Shown here piece by piece: positions 1-9,922 of a stretch of 64,000 bases of DNA. Numbering within the stretch: position 1 is the stretch's first letter; every line of letters begins with the position of its first letter. The stretch lies in assembly GCA_963754965.1 (NCBI GenBank), contig CAVWIA010000001.1, positions 94,142 through 158,141 of the forward strand, in the 5' to 3' direction. Made by a program: the position numbers and the translations under genes. The DNA comes from an uncultured Actinomycetota bacterium (GTDB lineage Bacteria > Actinomycetota > Actinomycetes > Propionibacteriales > Propionibacteriaceae). The notes beneath the pieces were generated by a model. It was not told the origin of the DNA and made no database searches. It saw only the letters and a program-made list of their open reading frames with translations.

Positions 1-667
1 GCGGGCTCACGAGCTTCCGATGAGCAGCAGATCTCTCGTCTGTCGACCACGGCCGAACCGGTGGCGGTGCAGTCAACAGGCCGAGCGACGCCGAGCGCAG
101 CTGCGGAAACATCGCCGAGTCCCGAGCCGGCGAACAGCACCGATGAGTCGACCAGCCGATCGGCGACGGAGCTGAAGCCCAATCCCAATCCCAGCCGTTC
201 GGGCGCAACGGCGTTCGACCCTCGTCAGAGTAACCGGGACGAGACGCCTCCGGATCGCGTCGGCGGTATCCGGTTCGGGTCGGTGACTCCGACGGAGCTG
301 ACCGTGCGCTGGGCACCCGCCCGGGACGATACGGGCGTGGTCGGCTATCGCCTCTGGCTCGACGGCTTCGCGGTGGCAACCACTGCCGACACTGAGGTGA
401 CGGTGAAATGGTTCAACGACGACCTCGGCCAGCACGTCATCCAGCTCAAAGCGCTGGATGCGGCCGGCAACCTGAGCAAGACGGCGCAGAGCGTTCTGGT
501 GACGAGGCCGACGCCGGAGACCCACGCCGGAGCCCACGCCGGAACCCACGCCGGAACCCTCCTCAGAACCCACCGCCTCCCCGTCTGGGACGCCGACCGC
601 TCCTGGCAAGGGCAAGCCGAGTAGCAAGCCCAGCGATCAGCCTCACAAGTCGAACGAGGATGGTTGA
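1..667 (+). CDS. Fibronectin type III domain protein, 5'-partial, Pro/Thr-rich tail (apparent +1 indel at ~520)
   Basis: FN3-like segment 'VTPTELTVRWAPARDDTGVVGYRLWLDG...IQLKALDAAGNLS'. Removing one base at ~520 gives PTPEPTPEP...NEDG-stop, and that TGA (665-667) overlaps the next ATG. Confidence 0.7.
508..558 (+). repeat. 12-bp coding tandem repeat (CCCACGCCGGAR, ~4 copies) encoding a PTPE linker
   Basis: Visible directly: ccgacgccggaga cccacgccggag cccacgccggaa cccacgccggaa. Confidence 0.8.
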
Positions 668-2328
668 TGGGCAGCGTCCCGTCTGCCACCGGGCCGCTCG
701 TCGTTCAGTCCGATCGCACGCTACTGCTCGAAGTGGATCATCCTGACGCGGAGGCGTGCCGGATTGCCATCGCTCCGTTTGCCGAGCTCGAACGTTCTCC
801 TGAGCATATTCATACCTACCGGCTGAGTTCGCTTGGCCTCTGGAACGCGCGGGCCGCCGGTCATGACGCCGAGCAGGTGGTGGACGCCCTGCTGCGCTTC
901 AGCCGCTACCCCGTGCCGACCTCGCTCCTGGTCGAGGTGGCGGACACCATGGACCGCTACGGCAGGCTGCGGATCGAGAAGGATCCCACAGCTGGATTGA
1001 TCTTGGTCAGCAACGACCGGCCGGTGCTCACCGAAGTGCTGCGCAGCGCAAAGGTCAAAGGGCTGGTCGGAGCTCAACTGGATCCGGAAACCGTGGTCGT
1101 CCATCCGTCGGAGCGAGGCCATCTCAAACAGATACTTCTCAAGCTGGGCTGGCCGGCAGAAGACCTAGCGGGCTACGTCGACGGTGAGGCACACCCGATC
1201 GACCTGCACGAGTCGGGCTGGTCTGTGCGCCCGTACCAACATCAAGCGGCCGACTCGTTCTGGCACGGCGGATCCGGCGTTGTCGTGCTTCCGTGTGGCG
1301 CGGGGAAGACCATCGTGGGCGCCGCCGCCATGGCCCGGGCGAAGTGCACCACGCTGATCTTGGTCACAAACACGGTCTCGGCCCGGCAGTGGCGGGACGA
1401 GTTGATCAAGCGAACCACGCTCACCAACGACGAGATCGGGGAGTACTCGGGCGCGAAGAAGGAGATCCGGCCGGTCACCATTGCCACCTACCAAGTCATC
1501 ACGACCAAGCGCGGCGGCGTTCATCCGCACCTCGACCTGTTCGACGCGCGTGACTGGGGCCTGATCATCTACGACGAGGTGCATCTGCTGCCGGCACCGG
1601 TGTTCCGGATGACTGCGGACCTCCAGGCCCGGCGAAGGCTGGGCCTGACCGCCACACTGGTTCGGGAGGATGGCCGCGAGGGCGACGTGTTCTCCTTGAT
1701 CGGCCCGAAGCGCTTCGACTCGCCATGGAAGGACATCGAAGCCCAGGGCTACATCGCACCCGCGGACTGCGTGGAAGTGCGAGTCACACTGACCGAGGCG
1801 GAGCGGATGACCTACGCCGTAGCAGAGCCGGACATGAAGTACCGCCTAGCCGCCAGCGCCGAGTCGAAGACTGACCTGGTCGTGGACCTCGTGGGCAAGC
1901 ATCGCGGCATGCCGACATTGGTGATAGGCCAATACGTGGATCAGTTGGAGGAGTTGGCGACCAGACTGGCCGCGCCGTTGATCACCGGGGACACGACCGT
2001 ACGGCAGCGCGAGAAGCTCTACGAAGCATTCCGACAGGGCGAGGTTGACTTGCTGGTGGTGAGCAAAGTCGCCAACTTTTCAGTCGATCTGCCGACCGCG
2101 CAGGTGGCCATCCAGGTGTCCGGGGCCTTCGGCTCACGGCAGGAGGAGGCGCAGCGGCTGGGCCGTCTGCTCCGGCCCAAGTCGGCGGGCACGACGGCGC
2201 GCTTCTACGCCGTGGTCGCCCGGGACACCGTCGACACCGACTTCGCCGCTCACCGCCAGCGCTTTCTTGCCGAGCAGGGCTACGCCTACCGCATTCTCGA
2301 CGCCGCGGACGCCCTCTCCGCCGACTGA
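667..2328 (+). CDS. ercc3: XPB/Rad25-family SF2 DNA repair helicase
   Basis: Walker A LPCGAGKT, DEVH box, GLTATLVRED, motif VI QRLGRLLR; actinobacterial XPB N-terminus GPLVVQSDRTLLLEVDH. Confidence 0.95.
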   Translation: MGSVPSATGPLVVQSDRTLLLEVDHPDAEACRIAIAPFAELERSPEHIHTYRLSSLGLWNARAAGHDAEQVVDALLRFSRYPVPTSLLVEVADTMDRYGRLRIEKDPTAGLILVSNDRPVLTEVLRSAKVKGLVGAQLDPETVVVHPSERGHLKQILLKLGWPAEDLAGYVDGEAHPIDLHESGWSVRPYQHQAADSFWHGGSGVVVLPCGAGKTIVGAAAMARAKCTTLILVTNTVSARQWRDELIKRTTLTNDEIGEYSGAKKEIRPVTIATYQVITTKRGGVHPHLDLFDARDWGLIIYDEVHLLPAPVFRMTADLQARRRLGLTATLVREDGREGDVFSLIGPKRFDSPWKDIEAQGYIAPADCVEVRVTLTEAERMTYAVAEPDMKYRLAASAESKTDLVVDLVGKHRGMPTLVIGQYVDQLEELATRLAAPLITGDTTVRQREKLYEAFRQGEVDLLVVSKVANFSVDLPTAQVAIQVSGAFGSRQEEAQRLGRLLRPKSAGTTARFYAVVARDTVDTDFAAHRQRFLAEQGYAYRILDAADALSAD

Positions 2329-2369
2329 CGCAGCTACCCTCGATGCAAGGAGCCATTCCGGGAGGGACG

Positions 2370-2636
2370 ATGGCGGACAAGACCGAGCAACGCGCTCGAC
2401 GGGCGGCCAAGCGCGTCGAACGTCAACGCCGCGCGGCAATTGCTGCCCGTTCTCCGCTGAGGGGGACGCGCGGGCCCGGCTTTCCAGACCTGCCGCCGCC
2501 GAGCCGGCCTGACGATCTTGATGGCGGCGCCGGCGTACGGGAGCCCCGGAGGCCCTTCCCGCATCAACCGGCCGGAGCGATCGCGGTTGAACCGGTCAGC
2601 TTCGACCACCTCGACATGGTGTCCACGAATATTTGA
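2370..2636 (+). CDS. Small hypothetical protein with GGAGVREPRRP motif
   Basis: GGAGG RBS before ATG 2370; basic N-terminus; motif recalled from other small actinobacterial proteins. Confidence 0.55.
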   Translation: MADKTEQRARRAAKRVERQRRAAIAARSPLRGTRGPGFPDLPPPSRPDDLDGGAGVREPRRPFPHQPAGAIAVEPVSFDHLDMVSTNI

Positions 2637-2654
2637 TGGCGACCCTTCGGCCGG

Positions 2655-3215
2655 TCAGTGGACGTCGAGGACGGTCGACTCTTCCTGGGTACCGAGATCG
2701 ATGGGCCACGAGTCGGGCCGGCCAGCGACTGACCACAGCTCGACCAGCTCCTGCGGCCAAATCCACTCGCTTGTGTGCCGGAGCTCGTCGTGGGACCACC
2801 AGCGGTACTGCTTGATGGTGATTCTCTCGTCCTCGGTGTGCTCGGTGATGTCGACCTCGAACGGGGAGACCATCGCGAGGTAGAAGGACTCGTCCTGTTC
2901 GAGCACTTGATCGGAGTAGCCGTGCACTACGTGCCGGACCGCAATCGGGCCGAGCAGATCCTGTTCGGTCAGCACGCAGCCCGTTTCTTCGGCAACTTCT
3001 CGAATTCCGGCCTGAAGCTCGGTCTCACCGTCGTCGACGCCGCCGCCAGGTGTGACCCACCAACGAGCGTCGGGAACACCGGGATCGCTGTCCTCGAACA
3101 GCAATGTCCGGTCATCGTTGATGAGAATGACCCGCACGGTCGATCGGTTCTTGCGCGGACGATCAGCCGGGTTCGCGACCGGGATATAGCTGCGTTCTCG
3201 CTGGGACGACGACAC
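2655..3215 (-). CDS. NUDIX hydrolase
   Basis: Nudix box PGGGVDDGETELQAGIREVAEETG. Confidence 0.9.
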   Translation of the reverse strand: MSSSQRERSYIPVANPADRPRKNRSTVRVILINDDRTLLFEDSDPGVPDARWWVTPGGGVDDGETELQAGIREVAEETGCVLTEQDLLGPIAVRHVVHGYSDQVLEQDESFYLAMVSPFEVDITEHTEDERITIKQYRWWSHDELRHTSEWIWPQELVELWSVAGRPDSWPIDLGTQEESTVLDVH

Positions 3216-3257
3216 AGCTCACACCCTACGATTACCTCGGGGGAAAAGGGGTCGCTC

Positions 3258-4661
3258 GTGGAAACACCCGACTGGGATAAACCGCTCGAAGCAGCCGCCC
3301 GCGCCGCGATGGATTTCCTTCACGGGCTGCCGGTCCGCCCGGTGGGCGCCAGCGTCCCCCGGTCGGATTTGCTGACCAGCCTGGGCGGCGAGCTGCCGGA
3401 GGAAGGTATCGATGCCGCGGAGGTCATCGAGGCTTTGGTCCGAGCGGCCGAACCCGGACTCGTCACAACCCAGAGCGGCCGCTTCTTCGGATTCGTCATC
3501 GGCGGCGCTACGCCCGCGGGTATCGCGGCGGACTGGCTGGCCTCGGCTTGGGATCAGAACGCCGGCTTGTCCCTCTTGACGCCGGCCGCTGCGGTGGTCG
3601 AGGAGATCGCCGGTCAGTGGCTCATCCAGTTGCTCGGGCTTCCGGAAGACGCCTCTGTCGGTTTCGTGACCGGCGCCATGATGGCCAACTTCACAGCCCT
3701 GGCGGCCGCCCGCCACGCTGTCCTCGCCCACGCCGGCTGGAACGTCGAGACCGCTGGCTTGGCGCGAGCGCCGCACATTCGGGTGCTGGCAGGCAGCGAC
3801 CACCATGACACCATCGACCAGGCGATCCGCTTCCTCGGTCTCGGCACGGACTGCCTGGTCACCGTCGAATCCGACGACACCGGCCGGATGCTGGTCCACG
3901 ATCTCGAACGAGAGTTGGCTGAGCGCGAGGCGCCGACGATCGTTTGTGCCCAAGCTGGCTGCGTGAACGGTGGGAGTATCGACCCGCTCGCCGCGATCGT
4001 CGACGTCGCCCACCGGCATTCCGCCTGGGTGCACGTCGACGGCGCGTTCGGCTTGTGGGCGTGTGCAACTCCAGCCCTCAAACATCTGCTTGCCGGCGTC
4101 GAGCGCGCCGACTCCTGGGCAACCGACGCGCATAAATGGCTCAACGTCCCGTACGACTCCGGGCTGGTCTTCTGCGCCCAGCCCGAGCAACATCGAGCCT
4201 CGATGCAGGTGCGGGCCGCCTATCTCAGTCACGCGGAGTCGTCGGTCCGCGATCCGATGGATTACACCCCGGAGTTCTCCCGCCGTGCGCGCGGCTTCGC
4301 GGTCTACGCGACGCTTCGGGCCCTAGGTCGCCAGGGCGTCGCCGATCTGGTCGAACGCTGCTGTGCGCTGGCGGAGCGTTTCGGGGAGCAGCTCAACGCA
4401 GCGGACGGGGTCGAGCTGCTCCTGCCGGTCTCGCTGAATCAGCTCGTGGTGCGTTTTCTCGCCTCCGATGGTGATCACGATGCGCACACCCGCTCGATTC
4501 TCGCCGCGGTGCAGCACGAGGGGGTCTGCTGGCCGAGCCCGACCACCTGGCGCGGACAAGCCGCTATCCGTATCTCGGTGTCGAACGCGACCACCGATGC
4601 CGATGATGTCGATGCGTCGGTCGCCTCGCTGCTGCGCTGGCATCGCCAACTAAATTCGTAG
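3258..4661 (+). CDS. Group II PLP-dependent decarboxylase (aromatic amino acid/glutamate decarboxylase family)
   Basis: WVHVDGAFG, ADSWATDAHKWLNVPYDSG (PLP lysine), PEFSRRARGF; GTG start at 3258 chosen over the upstream ORF extension. Confidence 0.9.
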   Translation: METPDWDKPLEAAARAAMDFLHGLPVRPVGASVPRSDLLTSLGGELPEEGIDAAEVIEALVRAAEPGLVTTQSGRFFGFVIGGATPAGIAADWLASAWDQNAGLSLLTPAAAVVEEIAGQWLIQLLGLPEDASVGFVTGAMMANFTALAAARHAVLAHAGWNVETAGLARAPHIRVLAGSDHHDTIDQAIRFLGLGTDCLVTVESDDTGRMLVHDLERELAEREAPTIVCAQAGCVNGGSIDPLAAIVDVAHRHSAWVHVDGAFGLWACATPALKHLLAGVERADSWATDAHKWLNVPYDSGLVFCAQPEQHRASMQVRAAYLSHAESSVRDPMDYTPEFSRRARGFAVYATLRALGRQGVADLVERCCALAERFGEQLNAADGVELLLPVSLNQLVVRFLASDGDHDAHTRSILAAVQHEGVCWPSPTTWRGQAAIRISVSNATTDADDVDASVASLLRWHRQLNS

Positions 4662-4732
4662 ACGGCCGCTCCAGGCACGGGTAACGTGGCCCGTCGCCCC
4701 TCCTCCAAGCCGAGTAGATCGGAGGCCACGGC

Positions 4733-6773
4733 ATGCCCGCTGCGGACAGTGGGTCGGTGCTCGCCGCAGAGCGGGCCCATCTGTCGCAGTCCCGAACGGC
4801 ACTGCGACAGATGCGCGAACACACCGCCGGCCTGACCGCTATCGGCGGTGATCATGTGTCCACCGAGCACCTCAAGCAGGTCCTGTACCGCCGAATGAAG
4901 GCCCTCGAGGACTCCCCCGACGTACCGCTGTTCTTCGGCCGACTGGACTACGACACCGGCCTGGGAGCCGAGCAGAACGAGACGCTGTACATCGGGCGCC
5001 GCCATGTCACCGGCGACGTTGGCGGCGAACCGATGGTGATCGATTGGCGGGCGGCGATGTCCCGGCCGTTCTATCAAGCCCGGCCCGCTGAGCCGATGGG
5101 TGTCGCGCTTCGTCGACGATTCGGCTTCGCGCACGGACAGCTGACGGCCTATGAGGACGAGGACCTGGCGCGCGCCAGCGTTCCCGAGACGTCGGCGATC
5201 TTGGAGTCGGAGATCGAGCGTCCCCGCACCGGACCCATGCGTGACATCGTTGCCACAATCCAGCCCGAGCAGGACAGCATTGTTCGGGCGGACCTGAACC
5301 AGTCACTCTGCATTCAAGGCGCGCCGGGCACCGGCAAGACTGCGGTCGGGCTCCATCGGGCCGCCTATCTGCTCTACGCCTTCCGTGATCAACTCGCTCG
5401 CTCGGGGGTGCTCGTGGTCGGTCCCAACGACAGCTTCTTGTCCTACATCGCCGACGTGCTTCCCGCCCTTGGTGAGATCGACGCCCGCCAGGCCACTGTC
5501 ACCTCCCTGGTGTGCGCCGCGAACGGGGTGTCCGTGCGAGGCCTCGACACCGTGCCAGCGGCCCTGGTCAAGGGCGACGCCCGGATGGCCGACGTGCTTC
5601 GCGGGGCCGTGTGGAGCCACCTCGGCGCGCCGAGTGGAGCACTCGTGGTTCCGCGCGGTGCTCACCAGTGGCGGGTCGGCGGCTATCTCGTCGAGGAGAT
5701 GATCACAGAGTTGAAACAGCGCGGCGTCCGGTACGAGGCGGGCCGCGCCATGCTTCCGCAGCGACTCGCTCATCAGGTGCTGCTGCGGATGGAGGCCTCG
5801 GGTGACTCGCCCGACGACCGCGTGCAGAACGCCGTGGCCCGCAGCCGACCGGTACGGGCCTACGCCGACGGGGTGTGGCCGGCTCTCGATCCGGCCAAGC
5901 TGATCTTGCGGCTGCTCACCGACTCCGAATTCCTAGCTGCCAGCGCTCAAGGCATCCTGACCGACGACGAACAGGCCACCATCTCGATGGCCAAACCGGC
6001 CCGATCGGTATCTGCGGCCAGGTGGACTCATGCGGATGTGATCCTGATAGACGAAGTAGCCGATCTGCTCAATCGGACCCCCAGCCTGGGTCACGTGATC
6101 GTTGACGAGGCACAGGACCTGTCCCCGATGCAGCTGCGCGCGGTGGGCCGCCGGGCGACGACGGGATCGGTCACCGTGCTCGGTGATCTTGCCCAGGCCA
6201 CCACCGCCTTGGGCGACCCGCTCATGGGCGGTTTCCCTTCGTCACCTCGGACATCCGCAAGCCGCCATCGAGGAATTGGTGGCGGGCTTCCGGGTGCCGG
6301 GCGCCGTGATCGACTTCGCGGCCCGATTGTTACCGACCATTGCTCCGGCGCTGACCCCGCCCCATTCGGTCCGGCGGCACCGCGGTGAGCTAGGCCTGCA
6401 CCACGAGATCCCCACCGAGTCGGCGCTGATCACGGCCGCTACCGCGGCACTGGAGAACGAAGGCACGGTCGGCGTGATCGTGGCGGATGCGGCCGTCCCC
6501 CGCGTCCGCAAGCTCCTGGAGCGGCATGGCATCCGGTACGACCTTCTCGGCGAAGACGTGCAGATCTTCGACTCCCGGGTTGACCTCGTGCCGGCCACCT
6601 TCGCGAAGGGACTTGAGTTCGATCATGTGGTGCTGCTCGAGCCGGCCGATATTGTCGCCGGGGAGCCGGACGAAGTCACCGGCCTTCGCCGGCTCTACGT
6701 CTGCCTGACCCGCGCGGTCACCTCACTGGTGATCGTGCACGCTGAGCCGCTGCCCACTGCCTTGGCTGCCTAG
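4733..6773 (+). CDS. helD: HelD-family (UvrD-like) RNA-polymerase-associated ATPase/helicase, apparent frameshift at ~6205
   Basis: LFFGRLD, YIGRRH, IDWRA, MRDIVATIQPEQD, QGAPGTGKT, VDEAQDLSPMQ; C-terminus AKGLEFD...LYVCLTRA is in ORF 6102..6773. Confidence 0.85.
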
Positions 6774-6795
6774 CATGATCGCCGTGGCATGCATG

Positions 6796-8454
6796 TCAGC
6801 CGCCGCGGAGGACCTCATGCACGAACTGCACCGCGATCGAGCCTTCGCCGACAGCCGAGGCGATCCGCTTGACCGATCGCGAGCGGACGTCGCCGACCGC
6901 AAAGACGCCCGGCAGGCTGGTTTCCAGCAGGAACGGATCGCGTTCGAGCGACCAGCGATCAGGCCGCAACGCCGGCCCTGTCACCAGGAAACCCAGCTCG
7001 TCGCGCACCACGTCACCCTCCAGCCAATCGGTACGTGGCTTGGCACCGACGAAGACGAACATGCCGGCCACCGGCAACTCCTCGGCACCGTCGGGATCGC
7101 TGATCCGCACCGCCTCCAGATGCGCATCCCCCAGCACCGCATCGACCTCTGTCCGGGCTCGGACGGAGATGTTGCCGGTGCCCTCGATCCGATCAACCAG
7201 GTATCGAGACATCCGCAGGGCCAGCGAATCACCCCGGATCAGCATGATGACCTCGCTCGCGAACCGCGCGAGGTGGAGTGCGGCCTGACCGGCGGAATTG
7301 GCACCACCGACGACGATCACTCGCTGGCCGGTAATGGCCGCAGTTTCGGTTGACACTCCGCCGTAGTAAATGCCGGCACCGGTCAGCCGCTCGACTCCCT
7401 CGCCTTCGAGCCGCGCGTACTGCACCCCCATAGCCAAGATCACCGACGCGCAGTGCAACTCGGTCCCGTCGTCGAGCGAGACCACGCGGTAGGGATCTTG
7501 ACGGTGGATTCTCACCGCAAACCGCGGCGACAGCACCGCGCCGCCGAACCGGCGCATCTGGGTGAACGCTCGGCGGGTCAGTTCAGCGCCTGAGACACCG
7601 CTCGGGAAGCCGAGATAGTTCTCAATGCGGGAACTCAGCCCGGCCTGTCCTCCTGGCGCCTCGGCTTCCACGACGACGGTGCTCAGGCCTTCCGAACCGG
7701 CATAGACGGCTGCGGCCAACCCGGCTGGTCCGGCACCCACGATGACGACGTCGAAGAAATCGACCTGCAGATGAGCCGCGAGGCCAAGCGCCTCGGCCAC
7801 TTCGGTCGGAGTTGGGTCGGCCAGCGTCGTGCCGTTCTCGAGGATGACGAGCGGCAGCCGGGCACCGACGGGAGCCGCCGTGATCAGCGCTGCCGCCGCA
7901 TCATGATCATCGACATCGACCCACCGGAAGGGCAGCTGGTTCCGGGCCAGATAGTCACGCAGACGATGGGACGCGGCCGACCAGCGCTCGCCGACGAGGC
8001 GGAGACCGCTGTCGGACGGAGGCCTCGTTGCTTGCCACTCCTCCAGCAGGTCGTCCAGCACGGGAAACAGCCGCTCCTCTGGCGGATCCCACGGCTTCGT
8101 CACGTAGTAGTCGAGGTTGACCTCGTTGATCGCGCTGATGGCGGCATCGGTGTCGGCATACGCCGTGAGTAACACCGATTTGAGAGTCGGGTAGACGTCC
8201 TTGGCGGCAGCCAGGAAGGTGGTGCCGGGCATGGCAGGCATCCGTTGGTCGGCGATCACCAGCCCCAGATCGTCGTTCCGCAACCGCAGCCGCCGGACGA
8301 TTTCGAGAGCCTCGTCGCCCGACGAGGCACCGATGATGCGGTAACGACCGCCATAGGCCGAGCGCAGGTCGGTCAGAATGGCATCGAGCACTTGGCGGTC
8401 GTCGTCAACGCTGAGAATCGCCGGCAACCGGCGCCGTACAGGTTCAGTCGGCAT
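6796..8454 (-). CDS. Response-regulator receiver fused to thioredoxin-reductase-like FAD oxidoreductase (REC-TrxB), copy 1
   Basis: REC: LSVDDD, ADQRMP, LLTAY, KPW. TrxB-like: GAGPAG, GGQAGLSSRIENYLGFP, GVFAVGDVR, ASAVGEG. Confidence 0.9.
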   Translation of the reverse strand: MPTEPVRRRLPAILSVDDDRQVLDAILTDLRSAYGGRYRIIGASSGDEALEIVRRLRLRNDDLGLVIADQRMPAMPGTTFLAAAKDVYPTLKSVLLTAYADTDAAISAINEVNLDYYVTKPWDPPEERLFPVLDDLLEEWQATRPPSDSGLRLVGERWSAASHRLRDYLARNQLPFRWVDVDDHDAAAALITAAPVGARLPLVILENGTTLADPTPTEVAEALGLAAHLQVDFFDVVIVGAGPAGLAAAVYAGSEGLSTVVVEAEAPGGQAGLSSRIENYLGFPSGVSGAELTRRAFTQMRRFGGAVLSPRFAVRIHRQDPYRVVSLDDGTELHCASVILAMGVQYARLEGEGVERLTGAGIYYGGVSTETAAITGQRVIVVGGANSAGQAALHLARFASEVIMLIRGDSLALRMSRYLVDRIEGTGNISVRARTEVDAVLGDAHLEAVRISDPDGAEELPVAGMFVFVGAKPRTDWLEGDVVRDELGFLVTGPALRPDRWSLERDPFLLETSLPGVFAVGDVRSRSVKRIASAVGEGSIAVQFVHEVLRGG

Positions 8455-8473
8455 CGTGTTGGCGGACGGCGTC

Positions 8474-9913
8474 TCAGCCGAGGGAGGGCGGCTCGTTGAC
8501 CGGCAGTCGAACGACGAAGCGGGTGTCGCCCGGGTGAGAGATGACCCGAAGGTCGCCGCCATGTCGCTGCGTGATCACCCGGTAGCAGATGTCCAAACCC
8601 AATCCCGTCCCTTCGCCTACCGGTTTGGTCGTGAAAAAGGGCTCGAAGATCTTGGAGTGCAGATTCTCAGGAACGCCGACTCCCGTGTCGCCGATCTCCA
8701 CTACCACGTGATCGTCGTCGCGCCAGGTGCGGAGGGTCAGGGTGCCGCCCTCGGGCATGGCCTGAATAGCGTTGTCGATCAGGTTGGTCCACACCTGATT
8801 GAGCTCCGCGGGATGCGCGGGGATCATCGGCAGATCCGGAGCGAAGTCTTTGTGCAGGCTGATCTTGCCGGACTCTTTGATCTTGTAGTTCAGCATCGTG
8901 AGCGTGCTGATCAGGCCGTCATGCACGTCGATCTCCTGATGGGCGGCACGGTCGAGCTGCGAATACTGTTTGGCTGCTCCGACCAGATGGGAGATGCGCT
9001 CGGTGGAGTCCTCGATTTCGATCATCAGTTGCTCGGTCTCCAGCGCATAGGTCACCCAATGGATCCCGTCGGACAGCAACTCCGATGGCAGCGTGTCTGC
9101 GATCTCGTCCAGCCACCCCTCGTCGACCCCGGCGGCGACCAGGGTGGCAGCGAGATCCCAGCCGTCGCCCACACCATGATCAGCAAGCCAGTCGCCGATG
9201 ATGTCCTCGGCGTCCGCGACCTGCATCGGTGAGAGCTTCTCGGCTTTGGCCATCTTCTCGACGGCAACCTCCTGCAGCTCGGTCAGCACAGTCAGCGCCT
9301 GGGGATCGAGATTGGCCGTCGCCAGGTGAGCCAGCTTGCGCCGCATCTTGCTGACTCGCTCGCGCAGGGCCGCGGTCGCGCGTACGGCCGCCGAGGCTGG
9401 GTTGTTCAGTTCATGGGTCAGACCCGCGGAGAGACGGCCCAAGGACAAGAGCCGTTCCCGAGCACCGATGGCGGACTGGCTGTTGCGGAAGCCAACCATC
9501 AGGCCTTCGAGCAGGTGCATCGCCATCGGGAACCAGACACGGATTTTCTCGCTGAGCTCTGTCGCGTCGATCACCCAGAATTCGCAATCGGTGACGGCAC
9601 GCACCGAGTTCGGATAGCGGGAGGTGTCGGCGGTACGAACGAACGCCTGGGTGGCGCCGCTGTAGACGCCACGCTGGTTCGTCCGCACGGTCTCGACCTC
9701 CGTGTCCTCGACCCGCCGCAGCATCGACAAGGTGCCGGAGAGCAGGACGAAGAAGCATGTCGCGTCCTCCCCCTCTTCGAAGACACTGGTCCCCCCGGCC
9801 CGCGCCTCCACCCGGCCGTGCGCACTCAGCCAGTCGAGCTGATCATCCGCCAGCGACTCGAAGAGGAACATCGTCTTCAGTTCGGCGGGACTCAGCCGAG
9901 CGGGTTCGTCCAT
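8474..9913 (-). CDS. Cytoplasmic histidine kinase with N-terminal cyclic-nucleotide-binding domain
   Basis: cNMP domain LFESL...FEEGE...FFVLLSG; H-box AGLTHELNNPA; N-box QVWTNLIDNA; G boxes DTGVG, FEPFFTTK, GTGLGL; no transmembrane stretch. Confidence 0.92.
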   Translation of the reverse strand: MDEPARLSPAELKTMFLFESLADDQLDWLSAHGRVEARAGGTSVFEEGEDATCFFVLLSGTLSMLRRVEDTEVETVRTNQRGVYSGATQAFVRTADTSRYPNSVRAVTDCEFWVIDATELSEKIRVWFPMAMHLLEGLMVGFRNSQSAIGARERLLSLGRLSAGLTHELNNPASAAVRATAALRERVSKMRRKLAHLATANLDPQALTVLTELQEVAVEKMAKAEKLSPMQVADAEDIIGDWLADHGVGDGWDLAATLVAAGVDEGWLDEIADTLPSELLSDGIHWVTYALETEQLMIEIEDSTERISHLVGAAKQYSQLDRAAHQEIDVHDGLISTLTMLNYKIKESGKISLHKDFAPDLPMIPAHPAELNQVWTNLIDNAIQAMPEGGTLTLRTWRDDDHVVVEIGDTGVGVPENLHSKIFEPFFTTKPVGEGTGLGLDICYRVITQRHGGDLRVISHPGDTRFVVRLPVNEPPSLG

Positions 9914-9922
9914 GATCGACTC

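Noticed and set aside
4662-6773. HelD as rifamycin-resistance HelR
   Set aside because: No RAE-like inverted repeat is visible upstream; only family-level HelD similarity can be supported.
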